The translations under genes and the position numbers were made by a program. 64,000 nucleotides of DNA from a bacterium (GTDB lineage: Bacteria > Patescibacteriota > Saccharimonadia > Saccharimonadales > UBA4665): positions 9,583 through 73,582 of the forward strand of contig JAJYZG010000001.1 in the NCBI GenBank assembly GCA_021800155.1, in the 5' to 3' direction. This document shows positions 56,714 through 64,000 of the stretch, piece by piece. The notes below the pieces were generated by a model. It searched no databases. It saw only the letters and a list, made by a program, of their open reading frames with translations, and was not told the DNA's origin. Within the stretch, counting starts at the first letter, position 1. The number at the start of each line of letters is the position of its first letter.

Positions 56714-57392
56714 AGAAGGACCACAAGCCAAACAATCATTAAGCGTGTAATTATGTTAGATAATAACAGCTCAGACATCGGCAGACACTTTTATTAATGA
56801 GATAGATCACAGATTTCACGACATCGAAATTATTGCTCTAACATACAACAACGAAATATTCTTTCAAGCTTGAGCAAAAGGCAGATGCGTAATCAACATC
56901 GGCAATCGCTACAGCACCGCAAATAAACAACCCGTTTTATAGTATTAAAGAATTTATAAACTAGATACAGGATTATTGGCGCCTGACGGGTTAGATCAAT
57001 ATTGCATACAGGTATATTTAAAAAGAGACCAAAAAAACTGTTATGCATGCTAGCACTGCGCTATACTGGAACGAATTGATTGACTAAGAGTAGGATCATC
57101 AATTAAGTAAGTTGCTGGGCTGCCAAGCAAAATCTGGTTGAGGCTGACGTTAAGTCCGATCTCACTGACGCTACTTCAAGACAACGTCAAACGCTACCAA
57201 ACAGATATAGGAAAGCCGTTACTGCAACACATTCACCAATGCAGCATTATATGTTTTAAGCCGGATCGCGAAGCACGACATTAAAATCAAATTCTGACGA
57301 ATAAGTGTTATGACGTGCAGGTTGTAGCTAAAATCTAGCTCCGATGTATTGATTTTATGCCTATACGCTAGCAATATCTGGCAACTTACAGA

Positions 57393-57398
57393 TATAAT
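57393..57398 (+). promoter_or_regulatory. Consensus -10 box (TATAAT) 8 nt upstream of the dnaX ATG; implies leaderless dnaX mRNA
   Basis: TATAAT at 57393..57398, ATG at 57407, no SD in between. The -35 is only weak (TAGCAA, 18-nt spacer). Confidence 0.35.
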
Positions 57399-57406
57399 GA
57401 TAATAA

Positions 57407-58852
57407 ATGGGACAGGCACTCTATCGTAAATACAGATCGAAATCATTGCACGAAATTGTCGGGCAAGAGCACATCACGAAAACTTTAAATAGTGCCGTGC
57501 GGCAAGGACGCATATCACACGCCTATCTGTTTACTGGACCAAAAGGTGTTGGCAAAACATCCGTTGCCCGAATCCTGGCGCATGAAATTAATGGATTAAA
57601 ATATGTCGATGATACTGGGCATATTGACATTATAGAAATTGATGCTGCAAGCAACAGGAAACTGGAAGAAACTAAATCACTAATCGAAAAAATTTATGTC
57701 ACGCCAGTAACCGCAAAATATAAGGTCTATATCATTGACGAGGTGCACATGCTGACACTTGAATCATTTAACGCTTTGTTGAAAACTCTAGAAGAACCGC
57801 CAGAACATGCAGTGTTTATTTTAGCAACCACCGAAGCACACAAATTACCGGAAACCATTGTCAGCCGTACTCAGCGCTTCCAATTTAAGCCGATTGATCA
57901 AGCTAAAATTGCAAAACACCTAAAGTATATCGCCGAACGAGAAAAAATAGAAGTCGACCAAGAGGCACTCGAACTAATCGCTGCACATGGCCAGGGCAGT
58001 TTCCGCGACAGCATCGGTCTATTGGATCAAGCAGCAAACTACGGCCAGCCCATAACCACCCAAACCATCACTACTTTGCTCGGAATTCCTCCCAAAAAAC
58101 TGCTGGACCAACTATTTGCGGATTTAAGCAACATTAACCCTGCGCGCTTAATGAAGGACATCCATAATCTATACAACCAAGGATATCCGGCGACGGCAAT
58201 TGCCTCACAATTGTCCGATTTAGTCCGAACCAGAATCATATCCAACGATCCCCACATCGACAAAGCTATCAGCCTTAATTTACTAGAGAGGCTCTTGGAT
58301 ATACCCGCCTCGCCGCAGCCAGAACGGTTACTTGAGATAGTATTACTTGCAAACCAGTCTAAATCTGGAAATAAGGCCATAGTTAATGAAGAAGGCTCAG
58401 GCGCCGATTATAAAAGCAGCATAAGCTTACCCGAAAACGTGCCTACTTCTGTTAGTGCTCGGCAATCAGCGCAAACAGTTAATGACAATCAAATGTCTAA
58501 ACCCGATATTCCGATACCCCGGGCAATGAGTCAAACGGCCTGGACAGAAGTTTTAAATTTACTCAAAAATCGTTTTAATACACTATACGGTGTGGTAAGA
58601 ATGGCTAGCATCGACTACAGCAACCCTAGTGTTCTACAACTAAACTTTGCGTTTCCGTTTCATCAAAAACGCGTGAATGAAGCTCATAATCGGAAACTGA
58701 TTGAGGACGCAATTGAACAAGTGATCGGGGCGCGCATAAATATTAAATGCAACATCGACAAATCCTTGCTAAAGCCCAGTCCAAAAAATACCGCGCCTCA
58801 GGAAATAGATACCATTGCCGGAATCTTTGGTGGCGTTGAATTATTAGACTAA
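57407..58852 (+). CDS. dnaX: DNA polymerase III subunit gamma/tau (lacks the zinc module)
   Basis: YRKYRS..L.E.VGQEH....L......GR.SHAYLFTGPKGVGKTS, IDEVHMLT, LKTLEEPP, SRTQRF. Confidence 0.93.
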   Translation: MGQALYRKYRSKSLHEIVGQEHITKTLNSAVRQGRISHAYLFTGPKGVGKTSVARILAHEINGLKYVDDTGHIDIIEIDAASNRKLEETKSLIEKIYVTPVTAKYKVYIIDEVHMLTLESFNALLKTLEEPPEHAVFILATTEAHKLPETIVSRTQRFQFKPIDQAKIAKHLKYIAEREKIEVDQEALELIAAHGQGSFRDSIGLLDQAANYGQPITTQTITTLLGIPPKKLLDQLFADLSNINPARLMKDIHNLYNQGYPATAIASQLSDLVRTRIISNDPHIDKAISLNLLERLLDIPASPQPERLLEIVLLANQSKSGNKAIVNEEGSGADYKSSISLPENVPTSVSARQSAQTVNDNQMSKPDIPIPRAMSQTAWTEVLNLLKNRFNTLYGVVRMASIDYSNPSVLQLNFAFPFHQKRVNEAHNRKLIEDAIEQVIGARINIKCNIDKSLLKPSPKNTAPQEIDTIAGIFGGVELLD

Positions 58853-58961
58853 ACGCCAAGAAAGGGGAAAACGTGTTTATAAACTCTTGGGCTATCAAAA
58901 AAACTGAGAATATAATAAACGTTAAATTAAGCCATAGAGAGACTGTAAGAATAAAGACAAA

Positions 58962-60320
58962 ATGGTCAACATAACTAAAAAATTAGATCAGCCGCCGCAA
59001 AATGTTGATGCCGAAGCATCGTTGTTGGGCGCAATCTTAATTGATGCCGATGCCATTGTGAAAATAGCCGACCGGATCAGGCCGATTGATTTTTTTGACA
59101 AGCGTCATGAGATTATTTATTACGCGATGAACGAGCTCTATGAACAACATGTCGCCATAGATGTATTAACACTTGCTAATCACTTGAGATCGATTGGTGA
59201 ACTAGATAGTGTAGGTGGTGCGGTTTACTTAACAGAATTAACCAATTTTGTACCTACTGCCGCCCATGTCGAGCAATACGCCGATATAGTGGCGCAGAAG
59301 TCTCTTAGAAGACGCTTAATCACAGTGTCGCAACAAATGGTATCATTGGGCTTTGACGAAACCAAAGAGCTGCACGAGCTAATCGAAGAAGCCGAAAGCA
59401 ACTTATTCGCAGTTAGCGAGCAGCATGTCAAGCAGTCAGTTGTCAGCCTCGAAGCCATACTGGCAGAAAGCTTCGAACGTTTGGACGAACTACATAAGGA
59501 TAAGAAGAAACTGCGTGGAATATCTACTGGTTTCAAAGATCTCGATAACTTATTGGCAGGATTTCAGCGCTCTGATCTATTTATCTTGGCTGCCCGGCCA
59601 TCAATGGGAAAAACCGCCCTGATGCTAAACTTTGCCCATAATGTGGCAGTAAAAGCAAAGCAGCCTGTCTTATTCTTTAGCCTAGAAATGAGCAAAGAGC
59701 AGCTGGTTGACAGACTGTTAAGCATCGAATCTGGTGTTGATGCCTGGGCACTTCGTACCGGCAACTTAACTGACTCTGACTTTGAAAAAATCGGTGAAGC
59801 CATGGGAACACTCAGTGAAGCCCCGATTTTGATTGATGATACTCCTGGAATTTCCGTTAGTGACCTACGCACTATCGCAAGACGAGAAAATCACCATCAC
59901 AAATTAGGCCTCGTAATAGTAGACTATCTACAGCTCATGAGTGGAGGCGCGCGCTTCTCGAGCGAAGGAAACCGCGTCCAGGAAATTTCGGAAATCTCAC
60001 GCGGTCTGAAAAGTATTGCCAGGGAACTAGACGTACCATTACTAGCCGCTTCGCAGCTTAACCGCTCAGTTGAAAACCGAAGCCCGCAAATTCCACAATT
60101 GGCTGATTTAAGAGAAAGTGGCAGTCTCGAACAAGACAGTGACGTGGTTGCATTTATTTACCGCGAGGAATTTTACAATCCTGAAACAGAACGAAAAAAA
60201 ATTACCGATATACTGGTCAAGAAGCATCGCAACGGACCAGTAGGCGGAGTTGAATTATACTTCGATAATGAGCGTCAGCGTTTTCGTTCTCTCGATACCA
60301 AGCATAACGCACCATTTTAA
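58962..60320 (+). CDS. dnaB: Replicative DNA helicase DnaB
   Basis: PQNVDAEASLLGAIL N-terminus, Walker A ARPSMGKTAL, IVDYLQLM, SQLNRSVE, RESGSLEQDSD. Confidence 0.95.
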   Translation: MVNITKKLDQPPQNVDAEASLLGAILIDADAIVKIADRIRPIDFFDKRHEIIYYAMNELYEQHVAIDVLTLANHLRSIGELDSVGGAVYLTELTNFVPTAAHVEQYADIVAQKSLRRRLITVSQQMVSLGFDETKELHELIEEAESNLFAVSEQHVKQSVVSLEAILAESFERLDELHKDKKKLRGISTGFKDLDNLLAGFQRSDLFILAARPSMGKTALMLNFAHNVAVKAKQPVLFFSLEMSKEQLVDRLLSIESGVDAWALRTGNLTDSDFEKIGEAMGTLSEAPILIDDTPGISVSDLRTIARRENHHHKLGLVIVDYLQLMSGGARFSSEGNRVQEISEISRGLKSIARELDVPLLAASQLNRSVENRSPQIPQLADLRESGSLEQDSDVVAFIYREEFYNPETERKKITDILVKKHRNGPVGGVELYFDNERQRFRSLDTKHNAPF

Positions 60321-60337
60321 GTTTTACTCCTCTCAAA

Positions 60338-61582
60338 ATGGCTACAGCAACCGCAAAGGCTAAAGTACAAAGTAAGGTTCGTCCGGCTCTAAAAAGTCGG
60401 ATTAATGTCGGTTTTGGATGGTATGGATTCGGCTTAAGCTTCACTGCCTCGGCTTTAATACTATTGTGGCGGCTATCTACATTAACAGATAATTTTGCAA
60501 GTTCAAGTGAAGTCGCAACAAAAATCCAACTATTCACAAACAGTCCTTGGTGGAAATCCGTCTCTAATATTTACGGACCGTATTATTTATTGCTTCATGG
60601 TACTTTTGCGATTAATCATTCATTAATGACACTGCGCTTAGCTTCTGTTCTTGTGGGGATGATCGTTGTCGCCTTAGTCTATTGGACAGTTACTAACTGG
60701 CATGGATATAAGATCGGACTAATGTCAACCCTCATCCTGATAACCAGTTTTGGATTTTTGGTTGTTGCCCGGCAAGCGACGCCACTCGTTACACAGCTGT
60801 TAGCAGTCGCCGCTTTGGTGTTTGCCGCAGTCAATTTAACTCACAAACAGTCGCCATTATCACTGGTGTTATATAGCATAGTCTTTGCCGGTACACTATA
60901 TGTACCGGGAGGAGTTTGTTTAGCCTTAGTCACCACTATCTTTATCCGTCAATCATTAATCAAAGCTTATTCCGCTTGTATTAAGAGATTCGCAAAGCCG
61001 TCGCTTATCTTATTGGAATTACTCCTACTTACACCTATTGCTTACCGGCTAATTCGCCATTATAGCCCCTCACAGCTTGCGACTTGGCTTGGTTATGGTC
61101 TGCACGGGAAAAGCCACGCCTGGCATAGTTTTTTCGTAAATCTAGTGCATGTTCCGTTGGATTTATTCGCTCACGCCAGTAGTCTCGCGCCAACCTTGTC
61201 AATCGGGCATTTACCAATGCTGCCAGTTACCTTTAGCATAATGACAGCGATAGGTTTGTACGTTTATCTAACACACCTAAGCAACTGGCGTTGGCAAGCA
61301 GTATTACTTATTTTTGCTACCAGCTGGTTACTAAGCGGTTTTGGAATTATTAGCCCGCTGTCACTGCTACCGCTTGTGGCAATTATCGCCGGAACCGGGT
61401 GCGCTTATTTAGTCAAACAATGGTACGATGTTTTCCCATACAACCCAATTGCTCGGACCACTGGGCTAGTACTGATTTTTAGCATTTTAATATTTACAGG
61501 CATCTATGCTACCCGCAGCTATATTGTCGGGTGGGCAAATAGCAAAGCTACTATTGCCTCTTATACTCAGACCTTACCTTAG
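60338..61582 (+). CDS. Polytopic membrane protein, GT-C (ArnT/PMT GT39/GT83)-like glycosyltransferase (tentative)
   Basis: 414 aa with about 11 TM helices. The N-terminal third resembles ArnT/PMT-family topology. The function is tentative. Confidence 0.55.
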   Translation: MATATAKAKVQSKVRPALKSRINVGFGWYGFGLSFTASALILLWRLSTLTDNFASSSEVATKIQLFTNSPWWKSVSNIYGPYYLLLHGTFAINHSLMTLRLASVLVGMIVVALVYWTVTNWHGYKIGLMSTLILITSFGFLVVARQATPLVTQLLAVAALVFAAVNLTHKQSPLSLVLYSIVFAGTLYVPGGVCLALVTTIFIRQSLIKAYSACIKRFAKPSLILLELLLLTPIAYRLIRHYSPSQLATWLGYGLHGKSHAWHSFFVNLVHVPLDLFAHASSLAPTLSIGHLPMLPVTFSIMTAIGLYVYLTHLSNWRWQAVLLIFATSWLLSGFGIISPLSLLPLVAIIAGTGCAYLVKQWYDVFPYNPIARTTGLVLIFSILIFTGIYATRSYIVGWANSKATIASYTQTLP

Positions 61583-61653
61583 ATAATTTTGCTATACTAT
61601 TTTAAGAAGTAAAAGCCGCTACATTAAGGCCGACAGAAAGGATTTAGGTAAAT

Positions 61654-61947
61654 ATGAGCAGGATTGACCAAGCTAAGATGCTAATGAAAGTTAAAAAGAT
61701 TCAAAAAGAACTGGAAAAGGAAGTTATTCGGATCGAGAAAAACAACGGTGCCGTAGCAGTTGAAATTACCGGTGAACAAAAAATTAAAAAGATCCATATA
61801 GATCCAAAACAAATCGATTTAGAAGATATTAGCCAGCTTGAACGCAACTTAGAAGATGCCGTTAGAGAAGCAATTAATACTAGTCAACGACTGGCAGCAG
61901 AAAAAATGCAGCCAATGATGGGCAGCTTGGGCAGCTTAGGCTTATGA
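61654..61947 (+). CDS. Nucleoid-associated protein YbaB/EbfC family
   Basis: 97 aa, ...MMKVKKIQKELEK...GAVAVEITGEQKIKKIHIDP...LEDAV.EA.N; the dnaX...ybaB-recR neighbourhood is conserved. Confidence 0.85.
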   Translation: MSRIDQAKMLMKVKKIQKELEKEVIRIEKNNGAVAVEITGEQKIKKIHIDPKQIDLEDISQLERNLEDAVREAINTSQRLAAEKMQPMMGSLGSLGL

Positions 61948-61960
61948 AGGATCCAAATCT

Positions 61961-62590
61961 TTGCTTATGAGCGTACTACCTCCAGCACTAACTGATCTTA
62001 TCGAAACCTTCAATGTATTACCTGGCGTAGGCCCAAGGACTGCCGAACGTTATGCCTATTGGTTCGTGCGACACGATCCAAAGGCCGGCTTGAAGCTTGC
62101 AGCCGCTTTGAACGCGCTGCCTCAAGGAATTACGTATTGCAATCGAACCTATGCATTAATTCCGGCGGGCCAAAAACTATCTGATCTTTACACCAACCCT
62201 AAAAGAGATAAAACATTAGTTGCAGTAGTGGCTGAACCCTTCGATATTGTCGCGATCGAAAAAACTGGTTTATTTAACGGCACATACCACGTGCTCGGTG
62301 GACTTGTGTCGCCAATCGATGGAGTTACTCCCGAACAGCTACATATCCAAGAACTGGTAAAGCGGATCGATGAAGACAAGGTCAAGGAAATAATACTGGC
62401 AACCAATGCCAGCGTAGAAGGCGAATCTACGGCACTGTATATTCAACAGCGTCTTGGCAATAGAAATGTAAAGCTTACGCGGTTAGCTCGCGGATTACCC
62501 GTTGGTGTCGATTTGGAATACGCCGATCAAATAACCCTAGGACGAGCAATTGAGCATCGCCAATCACTCAACCTTAAACCACAAGAATGA
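61961..62590 (+). CDS. recR: Recombination protein RecR (zinc-finger cysteines absent)
   Basis: LI..F..LPGVGPRTAERYA HhH motif and a Toprim domain (VVAEPFDIVAIEKTG.FNG.YHVLGG..SP..G). TTG start at 61961, or ATG at 61967. Confidence 0.9.
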   Translation: MLMSVLPPALTDLIETFNVLPGVGPRTAERYAYWFVRHDPKAGLKLAAALNALPQGITYCNRTYALIPAGQKLSDLYTNPKRDKTLVAVVAEPFDIVAIEKTGLFNGTYHVLGGLVSPIDGVTPEQLHIQELVKRIDEDKVKEIILATNASVEGESTALYIQQRLGNRNVKLTRLARGLPVGVDLEYADQITLGRAIEHRQSLNLKPQE

Positions 62591-63591
62591 CTTACCCCGA
62601 AGCTGCACTAATTAACCAAACGTTTGAGTCCGCCAGTAAAATTATTATAGCCCAGCCAGACAACCCAGATGGTGACAGTATGGGTAGCGCCATAGCACTT
62701 GAGCAAATACTAATGCTACAAGGAAAAGAAACTGAATTGGTCTGCGGCGTGAATATACCTAACTATTTGTCATATCTAGACGGATGGGATCGTGTAGCTA
62801 ATGATCTGCAGTCAAAGTTTGAGCTGATGATTCTCGTGGACACGTCTGCGCTTCATTTAGTTGAGCACTTAACTAAACAGCACGGACAGTTTAAGCCCGG
62901 TGCACTGCCGTTAGTTATCATCGATCATCACAGAAGCGAGCCATCTATTAACTATGCGCAACTACGCCTAAACGATCCGGACGCGGCGGCGACTGCCGAA
63001 GTAATTTACTACCTCGCAAAACAACTAAAATGGGAGCTGAATCCGCTTGCTAGAGATTCGTTAGCCGCTGCCATTCTCTCAGATACCCTTGGATTAACCA
63101 CCAGTAGCACTCGTGCTGAAACTGTCTTCGCCATCGCCGAACTAGTCAGGGAAGGAGTATCACTCTCGCAACTCGAAAATGCTCGTCGCGATATGATGCG
63201 TAAAACGGCCGAGTTAGTACATTACAAAGGTGAACTGCTTCAACGAATCGAATATTACGATGAGGATCGGATTGCACTGCTCAGTATACCTTGGCCAGAG
63301 ATTGAACATTATAGCCCAATCTATAACCCGTCCATGTTAGCACTTGACGACATGCGCTTAACCACCAATACTGTAGTCGCGGTTGCGCTTAAGCTCTATC
63401 CTGACAATAAGATTACCGGCAAAATCAGAACCAATCACGGCTATCCGATAGCTGCTAAGCTTGCCGAAGTATTCGGTGGAGGCGGTCACGACTATGCCAG
63501 TGGATTCAAGCTTATTGACGTGCACGATATAGAGCAATTAAAAAACGATATTATTACTCACGCCAAGGATTTAATCAATGAAATTGTATAA
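62587..63591 (+). CDS. DHH/DHHA1 phosphoesterase (NrnA-like oligoribonuclease/pAp phosphatase)
   Basis: DGDSMGS, IIDHHRS and GGGHDYASGF motifs. Confidence 0.85.
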   Translation: MTYPEAALINQTFESASKIIIAQPDNPDGDSMGSAIALEQILMLQGKETELVCGVNIPNYLSYLDGWDRVANDLQSKFELMILVDTSALHLVEHLTKQHGQFKPGALPLVIIDHHRSEPSINYAQLRLNDPDAAATAEVIYYLAKQLKWELNPLARDSLAAAILSDTLGLTTSSTRAETVFAIAELVREGVSLSQLENARRDMMRKTAELVHYKGELLQRIEYYDEDRIALLSIPWPEIEHYSPIYNPSMLALDDMRLTTNTVVAVALKLYPDNKITGKIRTNHGYPIAAKLAEVFGGGGHDYASGFKLIDVHDIEQLKNDIITHAKDLINEIV

Positions 63592-64000
63592 CACGTTAAC
63601 TCGTCAAATCACCGAACTTAAACCCCAAAACCCCCCTGAAGTAAAGCTATACACCTGTGGACCAACTGTTTACGACTATATGCATATTGGCAACTGGTTC
63701 ACCTTTATCCGTTATGACACACTGGTGCGTACACTGATAGCTGTTGGATTTAAACCAACTTGGGTAATGAATATTACCGATGTCGGTCACTTGACATCAG
63801 ATGCCGACACGGGAGAAGACAAGCTCGCAGCTAAAGCCGTGCGCGAAGGAAAAACCGCTTGGGAGATTGCTGACTTTTACACGAAGTATTTTGAGCAGGG
63901 CTTGAGACGACTGAATTTCATAATACCGGCGGTTATGCCAAAGGCCACCGAAAACATACCCGAACAGATCAATTTTATTAAAAGCCTTGAGACCAAAGGT
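63578..64000 (+). CDS. cysS: Cysteinyl-tRNA synthetase, N-terminal part (3' end outside window)
   Basis: ATG 63578 overlaps the end of the DHH gene, and the frame is open to base 64000. MKLYNTLTR....LKP......LYTCGPTVYDYMHIGN is the CysRS N-terminus, including the zinc-ligand Cys and the HIGH motif. Confidence 0.9.
   Translation, partial: MKLYNTLTRQITELKPQNPPEVKLYTCGPTVYDYMHIGNWFTFIRYDTLVRTLIAVGFKPTWVMNITDVGHLTSDADTGEDKLAAKAVREGKTAWEIADFYTKYFEQGLRRLNFIIPAVMPKATENIPEQINFIKSLETKG

Noticed and set aside
57040-57070. Possible second CIRCE element (TAGCACTG at about 57050).
   Set aside because: Only one half-site is present, and there is no GAGTGCTAA partner 9 nt away.
57200-57290. RNase P- or SRP-like motifs (AGGAAAGCCG on the plus strand; CCGGCTTAAAAC on the minus strand; CCGGATCGCGAAGCACG).
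   Set aside because: The short matches lie on opposite strands and lack the surrounding conserved helices (no GAGGAAAGUCCGGGC context and no GNRA-capped GGAAGCAGC domain IV). I judge them coincidental, pending a covariance-model search.
1-64000. Alternative genetic code (UGA as a sense codon, as in Gracilibacteria/SR1), CRISPR arrays, rRNA genes, and known defence systems.
   Set aside because: TGA terminates conserved genes at the expected lengths (for example rpoC and rpsE). I saw no regularly spaced repeats, no rRNA-like sequence, and no Cas, restriction-modification, Abi or toxin-antitoxin signature proteins.

Overview
This window is a mostly plus-strand housekeeping region from a small, moderately AT-rich bacterial genome that uses the standard code (TGA acts as a stop). 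I call about 75 CDS and 4 tRNAs. In order: hisS (partial), tig, clpP, rpoB, rpoC, rpsL, rpsG, fusA, a minus-strand orphan insert, tuf, rpsJ, a 284-bp spacer, then rplC through rplO, secY, infA, rpmJ, rpsM, rpsK, rpsD, rpoA, rplQ, rplM, rpsI, trpS, rluD-like, holB and a TPR protein. Next come a tRNA cluster (Tyr, Thr, Thr), rpmG, a minus-strand glycogen-type operon (GT4/5, GH57, GH15), tRNA-Trp, a P-loop kinase, a DUF45 metalloprotease, a histidine kinase, a membrane GT2 and another membrane protein. The rest is secE, nusG, rplK, rplA, a ~7-kb accessory block, rplJ, rplL, a hypothetical, 690 bp of non-coding DNA, dnaX, dnaB, a GT-C-like membrane protein, ybaB, recR, a DHH phosphoesterase and cysS (partial). 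The accessory block holds dcd, a tmk-thyX fusion, an orphan gene, decayed transposase fragments flanking a two-gene membrane operon, and a small ORF. Several traits fit Patescibacteria/CPR, plausibly Saccharibacteria, but this is inference only: no rpmD between rpsE and rplO, no adk/map after secY, no clpX after clpP, and basic tails on many ribosomal proteins. The observations I would follow up first: (1) zinc ligands are lost in unrelated proteins: both RpoC zinc sites, DnaX, RecR, L36, L33 and S14; (2) a near-consensus CIRCE operator sits directly in front of clpP; (3) an orphan antisense cassette splits fusA from tuf; (4) a Tmk-ThyX fusion follows dcd; (5) a membrane operon is bracketed by repeats and transposase remnants; (6) several candidate leader RNAs and leaderless-type promoters. 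I found no CRISPR array, rRNA or recognisable defence system.
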